Source of the DNA: a phage | Assembly: GCA_018865545.1 (NCBI GenBank) | Contig: GCA_018865545.1_3633.1 | Reading direction: 5' to 3' (one strand) | Length of the DNA stretch: 64,000 nt | Shown: piece after piece, positions 10,053 through 19,703 of the stretch | How the letters are laid out: each line of letters opens with the position of its first letter | Numbering within the stretch: the first letter of the stretch is position 1 | The notes under the pieces: model-generated | Database searches by the model: none | What the model was told of the DNA's origin: nothing | Seen by the model: only the letters and a program-made list of their open reading frames with translations | Position numbers and translations under genes: made by a program

Positions 10053-10291
10053 CTTGGCCTGAAGCATTCACAACGGTAGGGGTTGTAATGGCTGTAGCCT
10101 TTGCAGTGTACTCAGTTTGTCGATGGGGGTGATGATGATAAAAGAACAACTAGGGAATGATACTCAAAAATCACGTTTTCAGCAGTGGTTGGAACAACAA
10201 CATGACCAGATTGATGTGGATTGTGGTTGTGTTTCTATTGAAACATTCATGTATTGGTTACAAGTGGCGTATGAGGCAGGAGGAGATTTAA

Positions 10292-10678
10292 ATGAGCAAT
10301 GGTTATCAACCTGTCATCTCGGAAATGACTAATGTTGCGCTTCCACCTTCGTCACCAAGCCTTAAAGCAGCAACCCAACAACCAGTTGCTTGGCGCTATC
10401 GTTATGTAAAACAGGGAAATCTGTGGACTGGTGACTGGAAATATGTCCCAACAAAAGAAGATTGTAACGACAGACCAAACTACGAAATTCAGGCGTTATA
10501 CACCACACCTGTAACTTTAGAAGGTTTGTCTAAAGCAGTGCGCTTCTATGAACAGGTTAAGCGTGAAAATCCACCAGTCGAAACAGGGGCATGGAAAGAT
10601 GCTATTGACTGGATACTCAAAGAGGCATATGATGTGGTAAATAAAACCACACAGGACTTATCGAGTTATGAAAATTGA
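10292..10678 (+). CDS. Hypothetical protein
   Basis: 128 aa ORF. Confidence 0.45.
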   Translation: MSNGYQPVISEMTNVALPPSSPSLKAATQQPVAWRYRYVKQGNLWTGDWKYVPTKEDCNDRPNYEIQALYTTPVTLEGLSKAVRFYEQVKRENPPVETGAWKDAIDWILKEAYDVVNKTTQDLSSYEN

Positions 10679-10997
10679 TTACCAAAAATTACGTAAGCTA
10701 GCGGAGATAGCAAGAGATGGTGGTACTTATCAAGAAATAACTGACTACCGTACTATGGCCACACCTCAGCTTGTGCTGGCATTAATTGAAGAAATTGAAG
10801 ATCAAGGCAAACGTATTGCAGATCTGGAGGCACGGATAGTAGATCTTCCTCAACGGTTGCAACCTGGTGCTGATGGTTATGATGATTGGTATATGCACAG
10901 CGCAGATGATGGTGAATATTTCAAAGCCGATGAGGTTATCGCGGCAATCTACGCCGCTGGCATTCGCCTCAAGGAGGCAACCAGTGAGCGGAATTAA
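10668..10997 (+). CDS. Hypothetical protein, paralog A of a tandem pair
   Basis: 109 aa; IDYQKLRKLAEIARDGG...ATPQLVLALIEEIEDQGK shared with downstream ORF. Confidence 0.5.
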   Translation: MKIDYQKLRKLAEIARDGGTYQEITDYRTMATPQLVLALIEEIEDQGKRIADLEARIVDLPQRLQPGADGYDDWYMHSADDGEYFKADEVIAAIYAAGIRLKEATSERN

Positions 10998-11235
10998 TTA
11001 CCAAGCACTGCGTGAGGCGGCGCAGAACGCGAAAGATTTAGGTGGGATTAAGAATTACAAGCGAGGCGAGCAAGCTGTTGCCGAATTTGAGTCCTTGATA
11101 ACACCACACATTGTGCTGGCGCTACTGGATGAAATTAAGAAGTTAGAAGACACAAATATTGACGCCATGTGTCAAATTGCAGAACTCAAAACTAATGTCA
11201 AGTTATTGAAGGAAGGGGTAACTAGCCATGACTGA
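10984..11235 (+). CDS. Hypothetical protein, paralog B of a tandem pair
   Basis: GTG start 10984 after aaggagg RBS; INYQALREAAQNAKDLGG...ITPHIVLALLDEIKKLED parallels upstream gene. Confidence 0.45.
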   Translation: MSGINYQALREAAQNAKDLGGIKNYKRGEQAVAEFESLITPHIVLALLDEIKKLEDTNIDAMCQIAELKTNVKLLKEGVTSHD

Positions 11236-11683
11236 GAAATCGGTGCATATTGATGAAATCAAACGTCTTGGTGCTAAATGTGCAACTCTTTTAGAAGAGA
11301 AATACCATGATAAAAAGAAAATCTCCGAACTTGCGACTCGTTGTGCAGAGCTAGTCGCTGAAAATATAGTGCTGCACAGGGCAATTAAAGCTGTCCACAA
11401 TGTTGCTGATAACTCCAGTGGGGTTGCCGATTGGCATTTGAATGGCGATATCTCTGCATGGGAAGAGGTTCTTCCTGAAATTTATGATATCAAAACCCCA
11501 GCTACCGATGCTTTCCTGGCTGAAGTACGGGCGCAGGGCGTGGAGATGCTGGCAAAAAATCATCAGAGTATCGTCAATGCACTTAAGGGAGATTCTTTAT
11601 TTTCTGATGGTGAAAACCGACATGCAGCTATTGTTTCCGCAGCCGTATATTTCGCCGCAGAGCTTCGCAAAGGGGGTGAGTAA
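11228..11683 (+). CDS. Hypothetical protein
   Basis: 151 aa ORF. Confidence 0.45.
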   Translation: MTEKSVHIDEIKRLGAKCATLLEEKYHDKKKISELATRCAELVAENIVLHRAIKAVHNVADNSSGVADWHLNGDISAWEEVLPEIYDIKTPATDAFLAEVRAQGVEMLAKNHQSIVNALKGDSLFSDGENRHAAIVSAAVYFAAELRKGGE

Positions 11684-11864
11684 TGCGTGTGGCATGTATC
11701 GGCCTGTTACCGTATCCGATTCGATTTTGGGCATCTGCGCCAATTGCAAATCCGAATATCCTGATGGCTGACAACATCATCTCGGCACAGAAGCGCCATA
11801 CCGGTATTGCAGCGGCACGACGAGCAGCCAAGAAACGCAGAAAGTCAAAACATAAGAGGAAATA

Positions 11865-12030
11865 ATGAAAGAAATATTATTTGCATTCATATTTGCACTT
11901 GTAAGTGTTCCTGTGGCGATGGTTATGGCTGGTTTACCAGTTCATAAAGGGCTGCTTTTTGCGGGGCATATAGGAGCTTTTGTCATAGGTTTGCTCACTT
12001 GTCTACAGGTGGTTGCTAAAGATGTGTAAA
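11865..12030 (+). CDS. Small hydrophobic membrane protein (54 aa)
   Basis: Below ORF-track cutoff; ATG after aagagga RBS; MKEILFAFIFALVSVPVAMVMAGLP...GAFVIGLL has two hydrophobic segments. Confidence 0.4.
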
Positions 12031-12678
12031 AATCGTTTTTACATGATGTGCTTGCGTGAAACTGTAGGTAATAACGCCTCATTCCATTGCCATAACGGTA
12101 ATGGTTACAGTTCTGATATCGATCGCGCTCATGTTTACACGCTGGAAGAAGCCCAAAAAGCCTGGAATTGTGGTCGAGATATCGATCAACCTGTTTGTGC
12201 CGATAGTGTGGATGCAATGGCTGTGTGGCACGTTGATTGCCAGTACATCCCTACAGAAAGCCTGATTGAGTCAGATTGCACTGCGTATGTGGCCTACAAA
12301 AAAGGTAGCTGGAACGGCAACGATGTTTACTGGCTTCAACACGGTGGATTGCCAACAGATGACTTCAGTAAAGCAACCATCTTTAGCGTCACCAACAGAA
12401 ACGAACCAGGAATAGTTTGGTTGCCATTTTCCATTGCTGATTCAGCAAAGCGCAGGACGTTCAATATCAATAACTTTAACCGCAGAACAATGGCTCAGGG
12501 CGCAGGTTTGATCATGCCTGACTGGTTGAAAAAGCAGAACAGAAGAAAGAAGTCACGAACCGGGAAGGTGCGTTGGAATTGTCCGTATTGCGGAAAAATA
12601 GTCTGGCAGTACAGTCCCTATGATTTTGAAGGATGTCGTGATCACAACTGTGAAGGGTGGGTATATGGAAGATTTTAA
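12022..12678 (+). CDS. Hypothetical Cys/His-rich protein
   Basis: ORF; FHCHNGNG and C-terminal CPYCGKIVW...CRDHNCEGW suggest metal-binding. Confidence 0.45.
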   Translation: MCKNRFYMMCLRETVGNNASFHCHNGNGYSSDIDRAHVYTLEEAQKAWNCGRDIDQPVCADSVDAMAVWHVDCQYIPTESLIESDCTAYVAYKKGSWNGNDVYWLQHGGLPTDDFSKATIFSVTNRNEPGIVWLPFSIADSAKRRTFNINNFNRRTMAQGAGLIMPDWLKKQNRRKKSRTGKVRWNCPYCGKIVWQYSPYDFEGCRDHNCEGWVYGRF

Positions 12679-12874
12679 AATTAAACAAGGTTGTTTATAC
12701 AAGTCTAAATTATCTTGGGATCCAGAGCAGAAATACCTTGTTACTGCCGTTGGTTTAAATCATGTCTTGATTACTGACTACCCTTTGATTAAAATTAACG
12801 AGGGTTATTTAGAGCACTGTTTAACATACAAACAGTTCAAAGAAGACTTTATCTATGTTGGGGAGGTAGAATAA
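12665..12874 (+). CDS. Hypothetical protein
   Basis: ORF, start placed at internal ATG to avoid long overlap. Confidence 0.35.
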   Translation: MEDFKIKQGCLYKSKLSWDPEQKYLVTAVGLNHVLITDYPLIKINEGYLEHCLTYKQFKEDFIYVGEVE

Positions 12875-13404
12875 TGGAACTTTCTAAATTCGCAGACTTG
12901 GTTAACCATATAGCCTCTTTACGTGGGAAACAATATCAGGATCCAGACACTAAAGTAACAATTGTTATTCATTCCCCAAGTACTGTTGGAGCAACACCTT
13001 CGGTTGATGTTCAATCTATACATGCAGGATTCGATTGGGATAGTGGACAAATAATGATTTTCCCATCTCAACCACTCACTGTGCTCTCAAAAGAGCAAGT
13101 AGAGGCCATTTGTGAAAGTGTTCATAAAGGACAATCTTGGCACGCTTTTCAAGAATACAAAAGACATAAGGAAGAAATTGAAAAAGCACAGGCTCGTATT
13201 AAAGAGCTTGAAGAAGATCTTGGAAATATAAAACTTGTTGCTTCGGGTCTGCTCTCTGAATATCTCATGAATAAAGGTACTGATCTGGAATTTATCGCCT
13301 GTGTGACTCCATCGAAAAACACAATAGGTAATGGTGGTGTGTGGGATATGTGGCGAAAACTGGATAAGATGATTGGAGATAAAGATGAAAAATCGCAAAG
13401 CTAA
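12874..13404 (+). CDS. Hypothetical protein
   Basis: 176 aa ORF with coiled-coil-like stretch (EEIEKAQARIKELEEDLGN). Confidence 0.45.
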   Translation: MELSKFADLVNHIASLRGKQYQDPDTKVTIVIHSPSTVGATPSVDVQSIHAGFDWDSGQIMIFPSQPLTVLSKEQVEAICESVHKGQSWHAFQEYKRHKEEIEKAQARIKELEEDLGNIKLVASGLLSEYLMNKGTDLEFIACVTPSKNTIGNGGVWDMWRKLDKMIGDKDEKSQS

Positions 13405-13594
13405 AATCCTTCTCCTGCCAAGGAAAAGGGAATCCCAAGTATTAAAAGTAAGCAATAGACGTGTTGTTTTATTTAAGTATTATGGCGCAATGGTTGCCGG
13501 AGAGAGAAAAAAGTTAAGCATAAAACAAAAGATTAAATACAGGAAACTCGAAAAAATATTTAATAATGCAATGGCAAAATTGAGGAATAACTAG
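13385..13594 (+). CDS. Hypothetical small basic protein
   Basis: ORF, Lys/Arg-rich; ATG 13385 after ggaga. Confidence 0.35.
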   Translation: MKNRKAKILLLPRKRESQVLKVSNRRVVLFKYYGAMVAGERKKLSIKQKIKYRKLEKIFNNAMAKLRNN

Positions 13595-13888
13595 ATGACC
13601 AAAGAAATGTGGGAACATCACGAGGATTTGTTTGGTGAAAACCAAGTTATTGTTAAAGGTAGTCTTGAGAAAGAGGGAAACGGAATGGAGAGCTACTCCC
13701 CAATCTGTACCGCTGAAAACGGGAATCTAGCTTTGGCTATTGCAATGTGTCCCTTGATTGTGGATGCTCTCGAACAAGCCCTACCATATGTAAAAGCGGC
13801 AGCAAAAACTGATGGACATGCCAACGGAACTTATCAGCTTGCAGCTAACATTGTTTCTGACTGGAAGAGATATATGAATAAAGGATAG
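13595..13888 (+). CDS. Hypothetical protein
   Basis: 97 aa ORF. Confidence 0.45.
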   Translation: MTKEMWEHHEDLFGENQVIVKGSLEKEGNGMESYSPICTAENGNLALAIAMCPLIVDALEQALPYVKAAAKTDGHANGTYQLAANIVSDWKRYMNKG

Positions 13889-13892
13889 AAAC

Positions 13893-14249
13893 ATGATGTC
13901 TTTTTTAGAGTGGGTCCAGGTGCATAATAACTGGTTCCCTGCTTTATCGTTTTATGTGTTGTGTTCTATTTGGGCTTTCATTTTATCGTATAAAGGGACA
14001 TGGAAACACGTTGTTGTCTCTTTTGTTATGTTCGTTATTCTTGGGGCAACAACTATTAACTACTTTCTCCTTTACGAGGATGGCTACAAAGAGTACACAA
14101 AAAACTGGGAATCGTGCACAACACAAAAAGCATTGGATGAAATGTATGTCTTCGATAATGTAAAAGAGAAATGTATGAAGCCTGTTGTTGGCTTTGTACC
14201 AACAGAGAGCGTAGATATACTGGAAATTAAAAATGGAGATTGGACATGA
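13893..14249 (+). CDS. Hypothetical membrane protein
   Basis: 118 aa; two hydrophobic segments (WFPALSFYVLCSIWAFILS, VVSFVMFVILGATTINYFLL). Confidence 0.45.
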   Translation: MMSFLEWVQVHNNWFPALSFYVLCSIWAFILSYKGTWKHVVVSFVMFVILGATTINYFLLYEDGYKEYTKNWESCTTQKALDEMYVFDNVKEKCMKPVVGFVPTESVDILEIKNGDWT

Positions 14250-14521
14250 CAAACAAAAAGTTAACAGGTGCACAACTTGTTGAGAATCTCAAAGAGAAAC
14301 TTCGCAACAACCCCTCTTTGGAAGAGGAATTGCTACTTAAATATTTCGAAGATAATGTGGATATGCTCCCTGTGGAATATGGTTGTCCAGAGGGTTTCCA
14401 CAAAGCATTTCGACAAGTGGATGTGTGTAAGAAAGGCTATCAAGATATGGTTATTTGGAGTATCCTTTCAGGAGGGGATTCGGAAAGGGTTTGGGAAGTT
14501 ATAGAAGAGTTTTTCTCTTGA
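14240..14521 (+). CDS. Hypothetical protein
   Basis: 93 aa ORF. Confidence 0.45.
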   Translation: MDMTNKKLTGAQLVENLKEKLRNNPSLEEELLLKYFEDNVDMLPVEYGCPEGFHKAFRQVDVCKKGYQDMVIWSILSGGDSERVWEVIEEFFS

Positions 14522-14528
14522 GGTTTTT

Positions 14529-14720
14529 ATGAGATTTTTATCTGCGTTAAGCATTCTCTTCATAGCGTTGAAGTTGTGTGAGATTATAGACTGGTCTTGG
14601 TGGTTAGTTCTTGCCCCTCTATACCTACCATGGGCAATTGTTGTCATGCCCCCTTTGATTATAGCGGTTACAGCATTTGTCCTGTCTTTTCTCCAAGAAA
14701 AAGACAAAAAATCATCTTGA
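14529..14720 (+). CDS. Small membrane protein
   Basis: 63 aa, almost entirely hydrophobic (two predicted TM helices). Confidence 0.4.
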   Translation: MRFLSALSILFIALKLCEIIDWSWWLVLAPLYLPWAIVVMPPLIIAVTAFVLSFLQEKDKKSS

Positions 14721-14745
14721 CATACATGCATGCATAGTGTAAGAT
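14717..14745 (+). promoter_or_regulatory. Sigma70-like promoter candidate (TTGACA-N17-TAAGAT)
   Basis: ttgaca 14717-14722, 17 nt spacer, taagat 14740-14745, about 30 nt upstream of ORF 14777. Confidence 0.4.
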
Positions 14746-14776
14746 GTGATACTCAACAACCTTGTAAGGAATAGAC

Positions 14777-15118
14777 ATGCCTAAAGAAAAACAAACACCT
14801 GAAAATAAAGAGGATATCCGTTTTCTTGATCTTGATGAAGGGCAGTTTGGAACAATCGTATACTTGTCCAGCGCCAGTCACCAGATGGGAACAGTAATCG
14901 GGTCGAAAGAAATTCGAGAAGAGATGCTAAAGCTCATCCAAAGTGGTAACTATAAAACGGTAGAGGATGCAATTTCATGGATCCGAGGACACCGCAACAA
15001 TTTGTTGAAATTAAATACTGCTTCCACTTTTGCATTGAACCTGCTAAATCAAGTTGAAGATTTAGTGGTAGATAAAATGTTGAGCGTTGGAAACGAAACT
15101 GCTGAAGGCGTTAAGTAA
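14777..15118 (+). CDS. Hypothetical protein
   Basis: 113 aa ORF downstream of promoter candidate. Confidence 0.5.
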   Translation: MPKEKQTPENKEDIRFLDLDEGQFGTIVYLSSASHQMGTVIGSKEIREEMLKLIQSGNYKTVEDAISWIRGHRNNLLKLNTASTFALNLLNQVEDLVVDKMLSVGNETAEGVK

Positions 15119-15132
15119 TAAAAGGAGAGAGA

Positions 15133-16350
15133 ATGAGCGTAATCAATGAATTTAAGAATCCAATCAACGGAAAAGTTGATTATTTTGCGAAAGGTTTTAT
15201 CAAGTATGTTAATATTCGTCCAGTGAAAAACGCTGACGCAGATGGTATCCGGCGTACCCATATCCCTGCTCGCAACGGGCAACCAGCTAAAGTTATTGAG
15301 GCTACGCACTCAATCAGTTTCCTGATGCAAGAGGTTGACGATAATAACAACGTTATTGACCCACAGAGCCAAGGTGAGTGGATTTCTATGGGTGAGAAAA
15401 AACTTCACCCAAGCCATGCAGACAAAATTCAGGTGAAATTTGATTCTGGATACAAAGATATTGTGGCGGGGATGGTTGTTTCTTTCCCTCTCAAAATTAC
15501 TAAGAGTGGGGATAAAACGTATACAAACGGCACTTTAAACGGAAAGACCTTCAGCATTCTCGATGAAAGTAAAGTTGGTCAAAGTGCTCCTCGCCAGCAA
15601 TCTTCGACCCAATCACCTGCAAATGCCCAAGTTAAAGGCACTAAAATTTATGGTGAGATTGCTGCAATCGTTGGCAATGTGGTGACAGTTAATGATGAGA
15701 AGAATGGTCAAGGAAACCTTGTCCTCACAGATGAGCAATTGGCGCAAGTTGTAGTAGGTGGTCGTGTCACTGCGATTGTTAACCTAAGTGATGGTACGGT
15801 CTTAAGTGGATTTAAAGCCTATGGTCCTGCTGGGCAGACTAAGAAGTCATCTGGCGGCTATGATGCTTTAGGTGTTGCTTGTGGACACGGCATCAACGGT
15901 GTGAAGGAACTCATTAAAGCTGGTTTTAAGATCGAGGATCGTCTCTCTGCCGCGAAGATGGTTCACAACGCTACAGTAGCTATGAAGGCTTTTGTGGCAG
16001 AGAAAACAGGAAAAGATGTGGAATCTAATGCGGTGGGCGCTAGTGCGGGTAATGCTATCTTAGTGGCTTGTGCTTTGTATCATCAAACCGATAAACTAAC
16101 AGAAGATAGTATTCTGAATGCCGCCAAAGATGTTTACCTAACACTATCAGAGCCGTTTTACGAGTTCTTATCTAAAGGTGATGGGAAGACACAACAAAAG
16201 AACAAACAGCATGCTAAGGAACCTTTGAACAGTTCCAATAGCGATATTCCGAATATGGAATCGCCAGCACCTGAATTTGACTATGATGAAGATATCCCTT
16301 TCAGTCCTGTAGGTCTACAGTACGGTAAACATCGGGTATACATCCTGTAA
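15133..16350 (+). CDS. Putative single-stranded DNA-binding protein-like
   Basis: 405 aa; acidic FDYDEDIPF near C-terminus resembles the SSB C-terminal tip (DDDIPF) but is followed by 15 more residues; RBS aaggagaga. Confidence 0.35.
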   Translation: MSVINEFKNPINGKVDYFAKGFIKYVNIRPVKNADADGIRRTHIPARNGQPAKVIEATHSISFLMQEVDDNNNVIDPQSQGEWISMGEKKLHPSHADKIQVKFDSGYKDIVAGMVVSFPLKITKSGDKTYTNGTLNGKTFSILDESKVGQSAPRQQSSTQSPANAQVKGTKIYGEIAAIVGNVVTVNDEKNGQGNLVLTDEQLAQVVVGGRVTAIVNLSDGTVLSGFKAYGPAGQTKKSSGGYDALGVACGHGINGVKELIKAGFKIEDRLSAAKMVHNATVAMKAFVAEKTGKDVESNAVGASAGNAILVACALYHQTDKLTEDSILNAAKDVYLTLSEPFYEFLSKGDGKTQQKNKQHAKEPLNSSNSDIPNMESPAPEFDYDEDIPFSPVGLQYGKHRVYIL

Positions 16351-16363
16351 ATACCTCATAAAA

Positions 16364-16390
16364 ATGGAGGGGAGATCCCCTCCATTTTTT
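16364..16390 (+). terminator. Rho-independent terminator
   Basis: ggagggg-agat-cccctcc hairpin followed by attttttg, right after stop of 15133-16350. Confidence 0.7.
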
Positions 16391-16535
16391 GATTAAAGTC
16401 TAGGTGTTTATTAGGGATTTATACAACAGTGGCGATCTTATGATAATTACATACTCCTATAAAGTGTGGATTATTTGTAATAAATATTTACTTGTAAAAA
16501 TAAGTGATGTCCTACAAAATTATAAAAGAGCTTTA

Positions 16536-17168
16536 TTAAACCACCGTTACTGTTTCTTTGTGGGTGGCAGAAACATCTTTGTATGTACCTTTTAATCCAC
16601 ATTGTGCCTCACCAGAGGATATGCATGTAAATATCCCGCTAGGAGCCATGCTTATGATGTTAGGTGTTTCTGCAAACCCATAGACAGAGAAGTCATCTTC
16701 TTCCATGATCTCTGGCGGGAATACATCAAAACCAACCATATTAGGGGATGGGTTGCCAGGATCAAAAGAAGGATCGCCTCTATAGACAAACCAGAACCTG
16801 TCCCCGATTGATCTATTTCCTATAGGGTCAACGTCCAATCTCAACTCTTCTACATTTCCAGTTATAACATCGGATAAAGTTATATCTCCAACTGTCTTTG
16901 CTGTCATCAATATACTGAAGTAACCTTCTGAAATAAAGGATATTTCCCCATCTTTATTAACAGAGACCGAATCCGGCGTATTAGCTTCAAAAGTTATATC
17001 ATATATATCAGCCCCTTCGGGGGAAACCGCATACGCCAGCTTTTTAGAACTACCTTTTAATGCAATACCTATAGGTTGTAAAGTTATGGATTGTGCCGCT
17101 ATCTTGTTAATAATTGTATTATAGAAACAAGGAATTGGATACATTAAACCTCCTAAAACAAAGGCCAC
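16536..17168 (-). CDS. Tail-associated protein with Ig-like (Big_2-type) domain
   Basis: 210 aa; pattern LAYAVSPEGADIYDITFEANTPDSVSVNKDGEISFISEGYFSILMTAKTVGDITL typical of bacterial Ig-like domains. Confidence 0.4.
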   Translation of the reverse strand: MAFVLGGLMYPIPCFYNTIINKIAAQSITLQPIGIALKGSSKKLAYAVSPEGADIYDITFEANTPDSVSVNKDGEISFISEGYFSILMTAKTVGDITLSDVITGNVEELRLDVDPIGNRSIGDRFWFVYRGDPSFDPGNPSPNMVGFDVFPPEIMEEDDFSVYGFAETPNIISMAPSGIFTCISSGEAQCGLKGTYKDVSATHKETVTVV

Positions 17169-17185
17169 TGCTGTGGCCTTTTACA

Positions 17186-18940
17186 TTATGGTTGTGGTCT
17201 ACGGACAATAACAGTGTCGATAACCCCACCTTCAACACCATTAAAGGTTAATTGAAGGATGGTGACTGAATTTGCTGTTGTATTAACAGTTTCACTGTTA
17301 AGGACAACATAATTAGGATCCAGAGTCACACTGTGCCCACCTGTGGCATCCTGCGTCAGATAAATCATAGCGGAGAAAGGTTGCTGTGGATCAGGCCATG
17401 CTCCGATTGTCAGATTTTTATTTACTGTGACATTATAAATGTTGGATGTGCCGCTTGGTGTCCATGTTGCTGTCGGATCGTCAACTTCTTCCGATTGTAA
17501 AGTTAGGAAACTTACATTGGTGGAAGAAAGTTGTGTCTGGCCGTTAACAAATAACTGATTTGTCGTTACACTGCTTTGAGCAGAAAGAGATGCTACGTTT
17601 ACGTTTTGTCCTGTCAAATCAAACGTAATACCAGATACAGTCCCCTTAACAATCAGGTTGTTTACTGTTGTTGTGCCAGAAGATCTATTTAAAGTCACAT
17701 CGCCATCAGATATTATCTTACCAAGGGTTGAAGTTCCGTTGACAGTTAGATCACCACCTACAGACCCGTCACCAGTCGCAGTGAATCCCTCCCCTAAAGT
17801 TAATAGCCCTGTGACATTACCAGTTGTAGAGGAGAAATCTTTGAGACTGGCTTGTCCATTAACAACAAGGTTGTTAGTAACTTCTAAGCTCTCACATGTT
17901 GTACTGTTGAGATTGGTGTTACCATTGACTTGTAAATCACCACCTACAGTAATCCCTTGTGCCGTTGTTACAGAATTAGGCGAGATATCTTCCCCATTGA
18001 CAGAAAAAGAAAGTCCTGTTACAGTACCTGTAATCTTTAAGTTTTCAAGTTCTGTTATCCCAGAAACTTTAAGACGAGCTTCAGAAGGGTCTTTTTTAGA
18101 GTTACCTGTAATGTAAACATAGTCGAAGGTATTATTACCAAGACCTGTGAAAGACATTGTTGTATTGTCTGCTACTGGCACACCGTTTATGATGATGTCT
18201 GTATGTAACTGATGTGTCTGCGCTGAGTATGCTTCAAGCCTTGTTTTTATAAACGTCGGGTTAGAATCATCACTGTAGGCAAAAGATAGACTTGAATTAT
18301 CTTTTGTTAAGATAAGATTCTGGAATTTTCCTGTTTGATTTTCAGCATTAACAGGCCCATTAAATGTTGACACACCGCCAACAGAAAGCGTATTAAGACT
18401 CGCTAAACCTGTTACAGTAAGATCCGCGAATGTACCGTTGCCACCCGCAATTCCAGCCAAAGCAGTAGCAATAGCTCTAGTAACGAATTGTGTTGTTGCC
18501 AGAGTTGTACTGTTACTATCCGCTGATGGTGTTGGTGCTTGAGGGTTCCCTGTAAAAATAGGGCTGTCAATAGGCGCAAATAGCTGAGACATAGATTCTG
18601 AATCGTTGTATAATCTCCAGTTAACATTATTGACTGGATTAGGAGGTAGTGTTACAGGCGAACTCTCTGTCGCACCGGGTGCATACCACCATTGGACACC
18701 TCTTTCCCCTGTATAGGCATACAACTGATTAAATACCGTCGTCTGTTGTCCAGCAACCCACGGCAGTGGAGGTGTTTTAAAGAATAAATTGTCAAGAAAT
18801 GCTTTTCTGACTGTAGGTATCAGACTGCCATCCTCTGTAACTACAGTTTCAGTAGCTGCCCCATTGACAACTTTATGAAGGCGTTCAGAATCTTCTACAA
18901 CCTGATCTACCGCCTGTTCAAATTTAGTCATGTCCGCCAC
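17186..18940 (-). CDS. Tail fiber protein
   Basis: 584 aa; SPIFTGNPQAPTPSADSNSTTLATTQFV motif shared with two other fiber ORFs; Gly/Thr/Asn/Val-rich repetitive body. Confidence 0.65.
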   Translation of the reverse strand: MADMTKFEQAVDQVVEDSERLHKVVNGAATETVVTEDGSLIPTVRKAFLDNLFFKTPPLPWVAGQQTTVFNQLYAYTGERGVQWWYAPGATESSPVTLPPNPVNNVNWRLYNDSESMSQLFAPIDSPIFTGNPQAPTPSADSNSTTLATTQFVTRAIATALAGIAGGNGTFADLTVTGLASLNTLSVGGVSTFNGPVNAENQTGKFQNLILTKDNSSLSFAYSDDSNPTFIKTRLEAYSAQTHQLHTDIIINGVPVADNTTMSFTGLGNNTFDYVYITGNSKKDPSEARLKVSGITELENLKITGTVTGLSFSVNGEDISPNSVTTAQGITVGGDLQVNGNTNLNSTTCESLEVTNNLVVNGQASLKDFSSTTGNVTGLLTLGEGFTATGDGSVGGDLTVNGTSTLGKIISDGDVTLNRSSGTTTVNNLIVKGTVSGITFDLTGQNVNVASLSAQSSVTTNQLFVNGQTQLSSTNVSFLTLQSEEVDDPTATWTPSGTSNIYNVTVNKNLTIGAWPDPQQPFSAMIYLTQDATGGHSVTLDPNYVVLNSETVNTTANSVTILQLTFNGVEGGVIDTVIVRRPQP

Positions 18941-18950
18941 AAGAATCTCC

Positions 18951-19214
18951 TTATTGGTCTGACTCTTCCCTACGTTGTGCTTCTACACCCCAGCGTAGAG
19001 ATATTAACTTACTTATTAACTGCGGGGCAGCTACTGTGGGGGCATACACCCACATATACCACTCCGTTAATGTGCCTTTGAAACCCCAATCCAAAAAAAC
19101 TGCTGTCATTGCAGCTAATCCGATATTGCTCCAAAATTTTGTGTGGGAGGCTTTCTCTGGATTTACTGGGGATCTGACAAGATCTTTTAAAAATTTCAAT
19201 ATTGATTTTATCAT
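18951..19214 (-). CDS. Hypothetical small membrane protein
   Basis: 87 aa, one hydrophobic segment (GLAAMTAVFLDWGF). Confidence 0.3.
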   Translation of the reverse strand: MIKSILKFLKDLVRSPVNPEKASHTKFWSNIGLAAMTAVFLDWGFKGTLTEWYMWVYAPTVAAPQLISKLISLRWGVEAQRREESDQ

Positions 19215-19229
19215 AATACATTAGAATCC

Positions 19230-19703
19230 TCAATAATTTACTCCAGGAACAATTCTGGCTATAATTATGAAACCAACAACAACAGAAGTTTTAAACAATT
19301 CTTTTATTGTACCTGTTTTGTATGCAGCGCATAATAAAAGAACTTCCATAAATGTTGGATATGATGAATTTATCGTGAAGCCTAATGCGTTCGGTAAAAT
19401 AAATGGGAACTGCATAATTAAAATTTGGCAAAACAAAACAGGTAGAGATAGTGCAAGCATTAGCTTTTTTCTCCATCCTGTCAAAACACATGCAGTAAAG
19501 AAAATCAGAGATATATCCAAAAACCAACAAAAAGTTAGGTAGAGTGATAAATCAAATGCGTAGATATGGGAACTGAACCACCAGTACAATATATTCTCTA
19601 TCAGGATATGAACCATGCCAAGTACTGACATGGTTCGGATACCTTTATCATTATCAAGAAGTAGCACTGCAAAGCATATAAAGTACAGTGCAGAACTTAT
19701 CAT
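19230..19703 (-). CDS. Hypothetical integral membrane protein
   Basis: 157 aa with about four hydrophobic helices. Confidence 0.4.
   Translation of the reverse strand: MISSALYFICFAVLLLDNDKGIRTMSVLGMVHILIENILYWWFSSHIYAFDLSLYLTFCWFLDISLIFFTACVLTGWRKKLMLALSLPVLFCQILIMQFPFILPNALGFTINSSYPTFMEVLLLCAAYKTGTIKELFKTSVVVGFIIIARIVPGVNY

Noticed and set aside
16404-16595. 63 aa plus-strand ORF in the intergenic region between the convergent early and late blocks
   Set aside because: Lies after the strong terminator of the plus-strand block and overlaps the 3' end of a minus-strand gene; AT-rich spacer.
17658-18116. Plus-strand 152 aa ORF inside tail fiber gene
   Set aside because: Antisense shadow ORF produced by the repetitive, low-stop composition of the fiber gene.
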